Assembly: GCA_013239625.1 (NCBI GenBank)
Contig: MU053088.1
Location: 1 to 49,338, forward strand
DNA length: 49,338 nucleotides
Origin: Lama guanicoe
Lineage: Eukaryota
Reading direction: 5' to 3'
The position numbers and the translations under genes are program-made. Below are positions 1 to 12,590 of this stretch, one piece after another. How positions within the stretch are numbered: position 1 is the stretch's first letter; each line of letters starts with the position of its first letter. The notes under the pieces are model-generated. The model saw only the letters and a program-made list of their open reading frames with translations, ran no database searches and was not told where the DNA came from.

Positions 1-6
1 GTAAGT
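1..6 (+). other. 5' splice donor GTAAGT (window may begin at the first base of an intron of an unseen + strand gene)
   Basis: Perfect consensus GTAAGT at position 1 followed by AT-rich intron-like DNA; the upstream exon is outside the window. Confidence 0.4.
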
Positions 7-140
7 GTACATCTATATATATGTAAAATGTCAAATTCTTTCCATTGGAAATTTCAGAGGAAAAAAACAATACATTTGCAGTGTCTTCCTCTGTAGCAAA
101 TACTACGATAATAATGCTCTATTGTAACGGGGATACTTAC

Positions 141-230
141 CAATCAAATAAGTCATCTATTAAAGTATTTGTTTAGTTCCTTGTACAGATTTTGTGATAC
201 ATAAATAGGATTTTTTAATATTACTTTGTC
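141..230 (-). pseudogene. Pseudo-exon (90 nt, phase 2-2)
   Basis: TTTCCAG| ... TTG|GTAAGT; ends TNTLIDDLFD(W), resembling the RGS helix-7 'xxLFD' motif; three TAA stops. Confidence 0.45.
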
Positions 231-357
231 CTGGAAACTTACTAAAATTTTAGCCTTTTTTTTATGATCATAGTTTTAAGTATAGTGTTTTGATTGCTTA
301 ATAAAAAGTGTCAGTTGTTTTATGGTATCTCTTTACACAAAATGAAAGAACTGAAAC

Positions 358-447
358 CTCGTAGTTGCTTTTAAATGACATTTGAAATCGGTAATACTTG
401 AACTAAACTTGAAATTGTGAATTTCAGCTGGCTCTGATTTAGTAGCT
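358..447 (-). pseudogene. Possible pseudo-exon (90 nt, phase 2-2)
   Basis: TTTTCTAG| ATKSEPAEIHNFKFSSSITDFKCHLKATT, open frame; the donor GAG|GTTTCA is weak. Confidence 0.35.
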
Positions 448-1053
448 CTAGAAAATTGGAGAAAATATTTTGACATAAAATCTGAAGCTCCAGTCAGAAT
501 TTCCGGAATATACGTAATCATAAAATAAAAGAAATATGCTGTATTGTCCTGAAGATAACCTTCATAAGATTGGAATGGTCTCCACATTAATGAAACATGG
601 AAACCTCAATCAAAAAAGTATAAATCTTAAGGAAACCCAAATCAACCCTACATAAGTTTTATATCTTCTGAATATACATTCTCTTTGTACACCATCAAAT
701 TTTAAAGTGATTTTTTTGAACTAATGCCTTCTTCCTAGTATAATTACTGCTAACATATGTCTCTGGGAGAGTCAGTCTTTATGGAAATAGTTCTTTGACA
801 GTATATTTTACTTTATATCCTTTGGTGATAGTTTCCTTCTTTTAATCAAAAAGTAGAAAACAGCATTGTCTCCTGTATTTGGGATGGGTTAAAATATGTT
901 ATGTCTGTGTGTATGTGTGAGCAGTATTAAGGGAGATAGCACAGAAAGGGAAAAAAGAAAATTCTCTATGGGAGGATTTGGCTCTTATCTTTTAAAATGG
1001 TTATAGTTTCAAAAATTCTGGCTTATGTACTGGACGATGTTTAGTGAATATCT

Positions 1054-2020
1054 TTTTTGTATGTATATATATTTTTATTATAGTCAGTTTACAGTGTGTT
1101 AATTTCTGGTGTACAGCATACTGCTTCCATCATACATGAACATACATATATTTATTTTCATACTATTTTTCACCATAAGTTACTACAAAATAGTGAATAT
1201 AGTTCCCTGTGCTACATAGTATAAACTTGTTGTTTATCTACTATGTATATATATTATTTAGTATCTGCAAAACTCGAACTCCCAATAGCCCTTCCCATCC
1301 CCCTCCCCTGCTGGTAACTATAAGTTTGTTTTCTATGTCTGTGAGTTTGTTTCTGTTTTGTAAATAAGTTTGTCTTTTTTTTTTTTTTTTTAAGATTCCC
1401 CATACAAGTGATATCATCTGGTATTTTTCTTTCTCTTTCTGGCTTACTTTGCTTAGAATGACATTGTCCAGGTCCATCCATGTTGCTGCAAGTGGCATCA
1501 TTTTATTTTATCTTTTTTAATGACTAAGTCATATTCCATTGTGTAAATATACCAACAGCTTCTTTATCCGGTCATCTGTCACTGAACATTTAGGTTGTTT
1601 CCATGTCTTGGCTATTGTAAATAGTGCTGCTATGAACACTGGGATGCATGTATCTTTTTGAAGTAAGGTTCCCTCTAGATATATGCTCAGGAGTGGGATT
1701 GTTGGATCATGTGGTAAGTCTATTTTTAGTCTTTTGAGGAATCTCCATACTGTTTTCTACAGTGGCTGCCCCAAACTACATTCCCACCAACAGTGTAGGA
1801 GGGTTCCCTTTTCTCCACAGCCTCTCCAGCATTTATCATTTGTAGACTTTTAAATGATGGCCATTCTGACTGGTGTGAGATGATACCTCATTGACATTGT
1901 AGTTTTGCATTTCTCTGATAATTAACAGTATTGAGCATTTTTTCACATACTTATTGGCCATATGTATGTCTTCATTGGAGAATTGCTTGTTCAGGTCTTC
2001 TGCCCATTTTTGGATTGGAT
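1054..2020 (-). mobile_element. 5'-truncated LINE-1 (ORF2 C-terminus plus 3'UTR) with 16-bp TSD
   Basis: Track ORF MMPLAATWMDLDNVILS... is typical L1 3' sequence; flanks TGTTTAGTGAATATCT (1038-1053) and TGTTTAATGAATATCT (2021-2036). Confidence 0.92.
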
Positions 2021-2106
2021 TGTTTAATGAATATCTGGTAGCACTTTTGATTTACATATATGGTCTATTTATGAGCAATATTTAAAATAAATGTCAGTGA
2101 ACTTAC

Positions 2107-2193
2107 ACCATAGTCTATCAAAAAGGTACAATTCTTCTATGAAGCAGGAATAAGATATTCAGTGGACTTTCACTGTTCACAGAGCAATGACAA
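2107..2193 (-). pseudogene. Pseudo-exon (87 nt) of RGS-like pseudogene
   Basis: Branch-like TTTAAC, TTTCCAG| ... GGT|GTAAGT; the phase-0 start matches the preceding exon; LSLLCEQ*KSTEYLIPAS*KNCTFLIDYG. Confidence 0.55.
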
Positions 2194-2771
2194 CTGGAAA
2201 TGCAAGTTAAAGGTTGAAAGAAATTAAGAAAGCTTCATTATAAAGGAATCTTAAGAAAGGAGAGCATTTTAACAGGGGAATGAGCCAGTTCTATTGCTTC
2301 TAACGATCACTCTAGCCATCCCTCCTCTTTTGTACTACCATCAATCTAGGAGAGGGAAAAGAGGTTCCTTTGAATTATGAAGGAAGGGACATTGTGGTTT
2401 TGTTTCCCTTTTCCCCACGGTGGAGAGGGGGGTGGGTTGACTGTGCTATCCTTTCAGTGAAGATGATGATGTTCAAGAGATTAACTCCTAGAGATTGCTG
2501 TGCCTAAAGGAATGGGAGACTGCCTTTCTTTGAACAGGTATCTGCTTATGCAGTGCATTTAAGGTTATGTGGAAAATGTGGTATAACCTATACACAGTCT
2601 CAGTCTAAATAAAACAATGACACCATAACTAAATTATCTTCAGTGAATCAATGTAAAAAAGTTACCAAAATGTAAATACATATTTAAGACAACATTTAAC
2701 TTTATAGACCATAATTATTAAATGCAAAACATGTTCAGATTTAAGAAATACAATCAACAAACTAATAATAC

Positions 2772-3144
2772 TTGTATGACTGTAAGCAATGGGCCATCCT
2801 TCAACCAGTGTCTTTAGTCTACCAATAGTAGGGTTTTTCCTTTTAGGAAGAACAGATCACTAAAATCATGGTGACTCTCAAATGTTTGAATGTTTGGAGC
2901 AATGTACTTTCAAATGTTCCAAGAGTCTACTGTCCCAGACTGATATTTCCAAACTTGATGATTTGGGCTCATGAGCCTCATTCCCAGCATTAACTGCAAT
3001 CTTATCACTCTCCTCCAATAAGATTACAATCCTACCAACTAAATGTATTTTTAATATATTTTAATTTTTAGTTAATGATTCACGTTTTCTCTAAAGTATT
3101 CAGCATTACTGATTTTCCCACTGTTTCTAAAAGCACATCTGATT
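2772..3144 (-). pseudogene. Pseudo-exon (373 nt, phase 2-0) of RGS-like pseudogene
   Basis: Strong acceptor TTTTATTTTTTCAG|; ...SNAEYFRENVNH*L...SYWRRVIRLQ...DSWNI*KYIAPNIQTF...PLLTVIQ|GTATTA. Confidence 0.55.
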
Positions 3145-3754
3145 CTGAAAAAATAAAAGTATTTTGGATAAAAAGATAAATATTTCCACACAAAAATAAG
3201 TACATTTTAGTATACATTTGGAAAGAAAAAGGCAGTTGAACTAATATTCAATATTTAATTTTATCTGAGAATTTTCTGTTCCTTAAAACACTTTGGAAAA
3301 TACTTTTAAGACAAATGAAAGTCGTGCACTTGTAAACAGATGCTATGTAGTGTCTCTTTGTACCTTAGTATTTAAAATGTCTTTTTACATCCCTGCAGAG
3401 AAGCAGTGCCCTCTTGATTGCTTTCCGTTCCCCGAGCCTAGCATTTTCATGGTTTCTGCTGGCTCTGAGCTCCTGCTTTGCTGAGTTAATTTAATTTAGG
3501 AATCATATTACATTTCACTTGTGTTTTCCTGCTTATACCTTAGTGAAACTCAAGGCCTTTTTATTTCATTTCTTCCCCAAGAGACAACTTACATAATATT
3601 AGTTTGCAGTAAAGATTTAGGAAAAAAATTGGAAATTGAAGTTAAGTATTCTAATTCCAATCAATTCTTCATCCTTTAGAGCTCTGAAACTTGAGTTGGC
3701 ATCCTTCGTGCTTCACATCTTCTGTTTCACTTAAGAAGCCATTGAGAAACTTAC

Positions 3755-4141
3755 ATATATAGCTGTCTCCTACTTGATAAAAACTTTTAAATTTATTTTT
3801 ATATTTAGTTAATGGCTCATATTTTCTCCAAAATGTTCAGCATTACTAAAAGTTAGATAGCTATAGAGAACTAATGGGTCTAATAATACTCTCTTTCCAT
3901 GTCCTAAAGAAACATCATGATAGGTAGGTGTCTTGTTTTTTTCTTTCATAAAACAAGCAAGCATACAAAAGAACCCCCCAAATTTCTCAAAAAGGGATAA
4001 GATATAAAAGACCTCTATCCCGGTTTTTAGTGTTGCCTAGAATGTATTCAATTGAAATGTCTTCTTTACTATCGTAGTTATCAACTCATGCACAGCAGTG
4101 GGAAAATTTCTATAATCATAATACACAGTCCAAGTTTCTCT
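3755..4141 (-). pseudogene. Pseudo-exon (387 nt) spanning the end of one RGS-like domain and the start of the next
   Basis: CTTTGCCTTAG| ... TAT|GTAAGT; the first 110 codons contain one stop: RETWTVYYDYRNFPTAVHELITTIVKK...KRVLLDPLVLYSYLTFSNAEHFGENMSH*LNI, then a frameshifted KFK. Confidence 0.7.
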
Positions 4142-4742
4142 CTAAGGCAAAGAGCATCTGTTATAATACAGTGGGTTAAGAAGCTATTGGAAAATGACAG
4201 GAGGAAGCCAAGGGATTAAGAAGACTCAAGAGATGAACTTTGCTAAGAAACCAGATTTATCTGTGTATGAGTATAAAGCACAGGAAGCTGAATTTATTTC
4301 TGGACTGAATTACATCGCCTATCCTGTAATAAAAGCATTATGATTGAATGATTTAGGCACCTCTCTAGATGAATCCAGTATTCCCAATACTATTATCATC
4401 CTCATGTATATTCATCTTAATCATCTGAAATTTTCAAAACATGATAGATATATGGAATGTTGGTCCTGTAAGGAAACTAGGAGGGTCATATCCAATCCTC
4501 ATATTATAAAAATAAAGTATAGATGATGAAATATTTTCATCAAAACTATGCCGAGAAATGCCCAAGTAGAATCCTGATCGCCTGCCACTGACTCCTGAGA
4601 TTATTCTAAGGTTTTTTTTTTTGTTTTTGCAGCTGAGGTTTAAACTATTATACTGTCCTCTTATTTATAATGGAAAATGTGTAATTTATAACCTATGTAT
4701 ATCTGTGTTTAGCACGTTATAAAATACGTATTTTTAGAAAGG

Positions 4743-4868
4743 TGTATGTCTTAGTTCTATACTATAAGAAAAATACCATAAACTGAGTGGCTTCAACAAC
4801 AAATAACCATTCTTCACAGTTCTGGAGGCTAGGAAGTCTAAGATCAAGGTGCTGGCAGATTCTGTGTC
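4743..4868 (-). mobile_element. MLT1 (MaLR) LTR fragment
   Basis: Diagnostic CACAGTTCTGGAGGCTAGGAAGTCTAAGATCAAGGTGCTGGCAG motif. Confidence 0.75.
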
Positions 4869-6159
4869 AGGATTTCAACAATGGTTTTAGGCTTTTGTAA
4901 AAGAGTAAAATAAAGCTTCAGATTGCTGAGCATGATATTTATAGTTATGGCATTAGGTATTTACTATTTTGATGTTTACACAATATTTTTTATATTCTTT
5001 TCTCATTAGACCTTCCTTACCAGCCCTGTATGTACTATAAAGAACGTTTGTCACATGGCAGTTTAGACAAAGGTGTTTACCTCTCCTTGTATACTGAAAC
5101 TTTGCTGATGTGAGAACACCACAAAGAAAATGTATAAACCTATAAAAACAAAGAAATTAAATAGGTATTTTCAGTAAGTAGTGGAAATAAAAGGATTTAG
5201 CATTGCTGAAAGATCTAAACTCCAGGGGCCTGCATGGACTCAGGGAACGGTTACTTAGGACAAGAAAGATAGTTCAAGCCACATATTCCCAGAAAGCCTG
5301 TGGGATTGGAGCCAGCAGGTGTGATGATGAAGGCAAGATGAGTCAGTTGGCTAAAGACAGGGGAAACAGATGAGGGCATGCATAAATGTAGTGAGATCCT
5401 CAGGTCCCTCCCCTTGTTTGCATACCTGCATAAGAACCTCCCTGCCCACAAATATTGAAATATTTTCTATACATAAATTGGAATAGAGAGACCAAAGTCC
5501 TAGGGAATTAAGACAGTGAAAAGCTGGAGAAACAGGGGAGTTAAGTTGCCTCTATTGTTTAATCCATTACATTATCCAAAGTTTCTTAAGAAGAGAAATT
5601 ACATATGTTTTAAGAAATTCTATGTTTATAAATGACCTCATCTAATATGCATTACTTTTTGGAGGAGGAAAGTTGGGTATAGATTTTTAGATAAAATTTT
5701 TTTCAGAATTTTAAAGAGGTTTTCACATTGTCTTCTAGTATGCAGTGTTATTAGTAAGAAATTCTTTCCAATTTGAATTCCTAATCTTTGGCAAGTAACC
5801 TATTTTCTCTGTCTCTTTCTTTGATTTTGGTTTTAGTTTCTGTGACTTTTGTGTTAGATAACTTTCTCAGATGTTTGGAAATCTTTGTTGTCCTGTCATT
5901 CAATGTTTGAAAGCAGCGTGCATGGGGAAAGCCAGTCACCTGCTGTGCTGACTGACTGATGACCAGTAGAGGAGTCAGCCATTTTGTTAGAGAACCCCAA
6001 ACACTGGAATCTGTAGTTTTAACTTTCTGTTTCATCTGAGGCTATTCAGTTTCTCCAAAGAAGCATCCTCAAATCTCCTTCCAGGAGGATACACACTTAG
6101 CTAGACTTCAGTATTCTTGAAGCCTAACAATGCAAGAGGTTTGGAGGAATGAGTACTTT

Positions 6160-7180
6160 TACTTATTCCCTTTTATGGCTGAATAATATTCCACTGTATA
6201 TGTGTGTATGTATGTATACATGTGTGTGTGTATATATATTTGCTATATTTTTTGGATATATACCCAGGAGTGGAATTGCTGGGTTATATGGTAATTCTAT
6301 TTTTGCTGAGGACCCTTTTTACTATTTTCCTCAGTGGTTGCACCAATTTACATTTCCACCAGCAGTGTACGAGGGTTTCTCTTTCTCTACATCCTTGCCA
6401 ACATTTGTTATTTGTGTTCCTTTTGATGATAGCCATTCAGACAGGTGTGAGGTAGTATCTCATTGTGGTTCTGATCTGCATTTCCTTGATCATTAGCAGT
6501 GTTGAGCATCTTTTCACATGCCTGTTGGCCATCTGCATGTCCTCTTTGGAAAAACGTCTATTCAGTTTTTCTGCCCTTTTTTTAATCAGATTTATTTTTT
6601 TGATGTTGAGTTCTGTGAGCATGTTGATGGTTTTCTTCGCTGAGGAGAAGCTTTTTAGTTTGATGTAGTCCCGCTTTTTTACTTCTGCTTTTGTTGTCTT
6701 TGCTTTTGGTGTCAAATCCAAAAAATAATTTCCAAGATGGATGTTCAGGAGCTTACCCCCTCTGTTTTCATCTAGAAGTTTTATAGTTTCAGGTCTCACA
6801 TGCAAATCTTTAACACATTTTAGCATTAATTTTCCTGTATGACATAAGATGACATCCAGCTTCACCCTTTTGCATATAATTACCCAGTGTTCCCAGCACT
6901 GTTTATTGATGAGACTACCCTTTATTGTGTGTTCTTGAGTTCTTTACTGATAATTAATTGACTGTATATGCATGGGTTTATTTCTGGAATGTCTATCCTG
7001 TCCCATCCTGTGTGTCTATTTTATTTCCATATCTTTATAATGTATTTTGAAATCAGGACATGTGATGCCTTCAGCTTTGTTCTTCTTTCTCAAGATTGCT
7101 TTGGCTTTTTGGGGTCTTTTGTGGTTCCATGCAAATTTTAGGATTGTTTTTTCTATTTCTGTGAAAAATGCACTAGAGTT
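6160..7180 (-). mobile_element. LINE-1 ORF2 remnant
   Basis: Track ORF 6437..6865 (VRPETIKLLDEN...KAK...DYIKLKSF...[14 protein letters not shown]) matches the L1 ORF2p C-terminal region. Confidence 0.92.
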
Positions 7181-8919
7181 TTTTTAATTGTTCAGCTGTG
7201 CTAGTAAGAACCCAGGCTCTATCAATCTTTATATTCTAGTTACTGAAAATGTTGTCTTGTCACGTATGTCATGGTCAAAAGATGGCTACTGCAGCTTCAG
7301 ATACTAAATCTACGTTGAACACAGGAAGCAGGAGTGAAAAGGGAGCCAACAGTAACAACAGCCACAGTGTCTTCCTTAGTCAGGAAAGCAAAAGCTTTAT
7401 CAAAACCCTATACTAGTGTTCCACTACTTGGGCTGCCCAGTGTCATGTGGCCATTCATTGCTGTAAGGGAGACTATGAATGTATTAAGATGAGGCTGCCC
7501 GAAGCAAAGTATTCTTTTTTCATGGAAAACTGAGGAAATGAATAATGAGTAGACAATTAAAACACTGATCATCTGCCCTTATTACATTTATAGATTTCAG
7601 AGACAACTCAAATAGAATCAGTGTTTTCAAATATCTTATAGGTGGGAATAAGTAATGAAATAAACTTAATGTGACATGCAATATGAAAAGGAGAAAGTAA
7701 AACATTTGTTTCATACATACTTGTCCAAGACAGTTTACATACATATTTCTCTTTCAAGTAACCAATTGAGATTCAAACCCAGATTTATTGAATTGTAGTT
7801 CTCATGTGCTTTCCGGTACATAACATGTAGGGATTTTTTGTTTGTTCATTTTAGTGGAATGAAGTCTAAGCTCACACAATTATGGTTCTAAAAATGTACA
7901 AGCACATGTAGAATTTTGTGTTAAAAATCATTGGGAAAAAGTTTAGGGGGCTTAGTCTACTATAAGCTCACTTTAATTCAAAAGCAATAAGATTACCAGA
8001 AATTTCATGTGCACTCTGAGAGTAGCTCAGTAGAATAACTTCCAGTTCAGAAAGATTCATCATATGGTAATTAGCTAACTTGCATGCAAGCCTCAGTGGG
8101 TATGATTTTCATAAGCCAGACATTCTGATGTGCAGAAACCAGAACTGTCTGTTTTGATTTATGCCGAACTTCATGTTTATCTCATTTCTATTTCAACCTG
8201 CTGCCAAAAATTTAATTTAATCATTTCCAGGAAAACAAAATCAAATTTAAGGACTCTTCAATCGTTTTAGATTTAAAACTTCCCATCCCACTCTCCCTTC
8301 TTCTCCCTAGGGTTATTTCTGAGTGCCTGGCTTATATATTTTTATGACATTGCAGGAGGTTGTGAAATGGTTAGACTTAGATCAGTACTGTTCTGTTCTC
8401 TGAGAGTACAGACTCTGGTTTGATTTTCAGGAATTCCTCCCCCTGGTGTCTCATGAAAAAACAAATATCCTACTGGCTTCTGAACTTAAGATTTAGTAAA
8501 TTGTGTGCAATTCTGTCCCTACTCATTTTTGTGAGCCAACTCTATCGCCTTCAGACCGTGGTTTCTTCCTTTCAGCAACTTTTAACTAACTTCTCTGCCC
8601 TACGTGGAGAAATAGGGAAGATTACACTCCAATAAATCTTTAAATCTCAAGAGAAATTCTGACTCATCCTAAGGAGGAATTGTTTGCTCCTGACCATTTA
8701 TTTCCCTCTATGAAGCTGTTGATTGCAGAGTGTCAGAAGGCCTAGAACACATCGCCCTTCTGTTCAACTTATAATGAAGAATTGTGGCTATAGGGACTCT
8801 TCTGTGAAACCTGTGAAAGTTTCTGAAAGTTTCTATCTTGCTGATTCTTCTAATTGACTCCAATCCAAAAAGAGAAAGAAAAAAAATTCTTAATCAGCAA
8901 TGAGAATGAAGATATTTAC

Positions 8920-9011
8920 CTTTAGGGGTAGGGGATGTGTTCTTGGTCTTATTAAATGTCAGTCTCTAATGTTGATTAGTATATTGACCTTTTTGACATG
9001 TGAAAACCAGC
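8920..9011 (-). pseudogene. Probable pseudo-exon (92 nt, phase 1-0)
   Basis: Pyrimidine tract then AAAG| ... AAG|GTAAAT; WFSHVKKVNILINIRD*HLIRPRTHPLPLK, one stop. Confidence 0.4.
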
Positions 9012-9949
9012 CTTTAGAGTTTTGAGAAAGGAGAAATAAGCAAGATCATTTGGGAGGAAAAAAGTGAGTCAGGAGAAACACGGGTAGTAATAAAGCTATC
9101 GAAAACCTGAAATACGGTTTTAGTGACTAACCAGTCCTGGATCAAAGAAATCTTTCTCTACTTTTCTGTCCTTGTAACAAATTAATAGGTAGTTCTCCCA
9201 CTCTTTAAAATATTTTTATTTTCAAATAAAAACAATAGATAATAAATTGGTGCTTTTTAACACTGATTTCTGGAATGCTGAAGCTGTGAATTTTGTGCAT
9301 CCCTTTTAATTAATTTAGTGAATCCCCACCTCTGTTTCTAAACATGTGTATTGAAGACTGCATCATGTTTGTCTAAGGACATGAGGTTTGAAAATCTGTC
9401 CCCAGACTGTCTCTTCTGTGTTGATATAACACTCAGGTCACTCACTCTCAGGAATATTCTGTGTGTTGCCCTTCACGAGCATCATACTAGGGCTAGGAAG
9501 TTTTATTTCCTCCGGGAAATCTCTTTAAGCTTTTGTAAGTGGTGCATTGTACTATGCAAGAAGCAGACCTCCAAGGAAAAGATAAACTTTCTCTATTTGG
9601 GTGTCTAACACAGACTAAGAACATGCATTTTTCTAAAAGAAATGTAATCATAAGATAGATCAACTACAACTATAATGAACACCTGAGGCCTATTACTTCT
9701 AAGGCATGAAAGTTACTGATCTTTTTTTTACAAGAATGTGAAAAATACAGCTCTCTTTGGATACACTGTCATGCACTTTTTTTGATAACTTCTAGGACAT
9801 TTTAACCCATAAGAAGATAGTATAAATTCTCTATTTTGTTTTCCTACCATTTTAGAATAGTTTTCTCACAATCCATTAGTGATTATTAAAAGATCACTTT
9901 AATTCAGTTGTGCTAATGTTCACCTCACCTCATTACCAGTTTAAAGACA

Positions 9950-11130
9950 CGAGGGCTGTGGGAAGCCCAGACTGTGCTTGTGAGGAGTAGTGTACACTGG
10001 CTAGCCCCTGAGGCAGGGCAGGGAGAGGTCTGCTCTAGCAGCTGCCGCGTTTCCCACCACCTCAGCGTGTTCCCACCACCACCTCAGCATGCTCCCCAGA
10101 GTGCGCTGAGCAGAAGCTCCAGCCCTGCTCACTCCCTGTCACAGTTTAGCACTGTATCTGGGGAGGCCAAGACTGAGAAGATGACCTTGGGATGCAGAGG
10201 TGACCCAGTCCCATAGTGGAGTCTTGGTTGGGTATGACAGCCGTTGTTGGCACTTAAGCAGTACATCAGAAGCAGCCACTCAACTGCCACTCGCACCCCA
10301 CTGTATGCCCAGAGTCTGCATGGACCCCACCCTACGGCGTGGCTCCATAGCAGGGCAAGGATGGCAGAGGCTGGGGGCAATGATCAGTTGCAAAGGACAG
10401 AGGACTTGCAGCGAGACTGTGTCTGAGCAAATCAAGGGAAGCAATCGTGGGTGCCTGCACAGGCGTGGGAGGCAGCTCAGACCTCTGTTTGCTGCCAACA
10501 TTAGCGGAGAGTCCATACGGATCCCATCTGCTTCAGCCCTCCCCATCTCTGGGCAGGGGCCCTGGTGCTCTGAGAGGAAAACACATGCTCAAAAGGAACA
10601 GAGCCAACTTGGGCTGAACCTCAGGGCTTCTGCTCTAGCAACTTGATATTAGACCCTACCCCTGATAGGGTGATACCAGCCCCTGAGCAGAGAAGTTCTG
10701 CCTCACACCAGACTCCAGCTCTACCTCTTCCATCCCCAGCCCCGTCCCCTACCAAGGTGGTAGCTGCCAGCACACCCTGACATGACTTGTGTCCCCACCG
10801 AATCTAGCTCTCCGACCAAAGGCATCGGGCACACATAGCCTGTGTAAGAATGCTCCCATGTAAGGGTACCTCTTCAAGACCTCACTAGGTAACTGTTTCA
10901 CCTCAGTTTTTAGAGGCAGAAAAACTTAGGTAAATGAAAAGGCAGAGGAACTTTCCTTACTTGGAAAAACAAAACTGCTGAAAAAATAAATAATGAAGCA
11001 GAAATAAACAATTTACCAGATAAGATTTCAAAGAATTGGTTAAAAAAAAGATAACTGAATTAGGGAGAAGAATAGATGAGCACAGTGAGAATTTTAACAA
11101 GAAACTAGAAAATATAAAAAAAGATCCAAG
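9950..11130 (+). mobile_element. LINE-1 5' fragment: GC-richer 5'UTR and start of ORF1
   Basis: The degenerate translation EINNLPDK..ITELGRRIDEHSENFNKKLENIKK near 11000-11125 is L1 ORF1p coiled-coil-like; the upstream ~1 kb has raised GC. The 5' boundary is approximate. Confidence 0.7.
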
Positions 11131-11529
11131 ACTATATTAAATTTAGGCAATATAGTGGGTGCAGATATAAATGAAAAATTAACACTTTTCTGTATGCACA
11201 GTAGTAATATTCCTATTTTGCATGAGATAGTGTTGATTTTTAAAAACCAGTCACTTTTTGTTCTCTGATTTTTATCTTCTTGCAACTTAGGGCTTCTAAA
11301 CGTATATTAAAAAGATCTTTAGATTCACACAGATTCTTGACATATTATTTTTATGTATGAATAGAACATAAAGAAATAATTTTGAGTAAGTTATTTCTAA
11401 GGGAAAAACGACAACTTCATCACAACTGCTAGCTGGCTAGTTGTTAAGACCATCCTGCCTTTAGAGACATCAAAATGTGAAACCAAAACAAAAACATCAT
11501 ACCCACAGTCTTGCCTAAGAAATAGAATA

Positions 11530-12000
11530 ATTCCCAACAATGTTGATGTCTCTTTGTGCACTTCTCTGATCGTGACCTCCTACTGTCCATCCTAGAAGAA
11601 ACCAATATTGTAAATTTTGTATTTCCCATTCCCTTGTTTTTTTTCTCTACAATTCTACCAAATATTTATTCTAAATAACTTACTGTTTATTTTTGTTTGT
11701 AGCTGATGTAACTAGATAACTATATTACATGTATTCTTATCTGACTTTTTTTAAACTTATCATTATGTACTATTCATCCACACTGTTTGTAACTATTATT
11801 CATTTTCCATGTTGTATAGTATCCCACTGTATGTGTATATTTCAGTTGATAAATTTTCCTCTTGATGGACATTTGAGCAGTTTTTAGTATTTTTTTATTA
11901 CAGATACATCTGCTATAAACATTCTTGTTAGCTGGTCTCTTGGAAAGCGTATCAGGGTTCTCCAGGCTGGATACCTAGAAATGGAATTGCTACCTCTAGA
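11530..12000 (-). mobile_element. Old L1M-type fragment
   Basis: Degenerate L1 3' motifs (GATGGACATTTG, ATACCTAGAAATGGAATTGCT). Confidence 0.6.
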
Positions 12001-12590
12001 TTGATGTTGTCCAGCAGAACTTTCTGCCATAATATAAACATTTTATACATCTGGGATGTCTAATAGGTAGCCACTAGCTGCATATACTATTGAGCCCTTG
12101 AAATGTACCTAATTCATACTGGAGACCTGGATTTTTTGTTCTATACAATTTTTTAAATTGAAGTATATTTGAGTTACAATATTGTATTGATTTCAGATGT
12201 GCAACATAGTGATTCAGTATTTTTATAAATCATACTCCATATAAAGCTATTATAAATTCTGGGCTATATTCCCTGTGATGAACATTACACCCTTATAACT
12301 TACTTATTTTATACATAGTTAGTATCTCTTAAACCTCTTCACCTATTTTGACCTCCCACCCACTCCTCTCCTCTCTGGTAACCGCAAGTTTGTTCTTTGT
12401 ATCTGTGAGTCTGTTCCTGTTTTGTTATATTTGTTTGTTTGTTTTATTTTTCGATTCCATGTATCCATAAAACATACAGTATTTATCTTTCTCTGTCTGA
12501 TTTATTTCACTTCAGGTCCAGATATAATTTTATTTAATGGAAATTTAAATAGCCACATGTGTCTAGTAGTTATAGTACTGGACCATACAG
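12001..12590 (+). mobile_element. MER3-like hAT MITE split by an L1 insertion
   Basis: 5' part GTCCAGCAGAACTTTCTGCC...GTAGCCACTAGC...CTTGAAATGT (12001-12147); 3' part AAATTTAAATAGCCACATGTGTCTAGT...GGACCATACAG (~12517-12590). Confidence 0.8.
12148..12512 (-). mobile_element. LINE-1 3' end inserted in MER3
   Basis: Poly-T then TTGAAGTATA...TTACAATATTGTATT...CAACATAGTGATTCAG, L1 3'UTR antisense. Confidence 0.85.

Noticed and set aside
2458..2537. + strand AG...GT-bounded 80-nt segment
   Set aside because: Stops in all three frames.
2847..2870. 24-nt + strand micro-exon candidate (EEQITKIM)
   Set aside because: The donor ATG|GTGACT is weak, and the site lies antisense within a better-supported pseudo-exon.
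6149..6865. ORFs of 115-142 aa as host genes
   Set aside because: Sense and antisense readings of a decayed L1 ORF2.
9974..10646. Cluster of overlapping 60-148-aa ORFs
   Set aside because: They lie in the GC-richer putative L1 5'UTR and give no recognisable protein.
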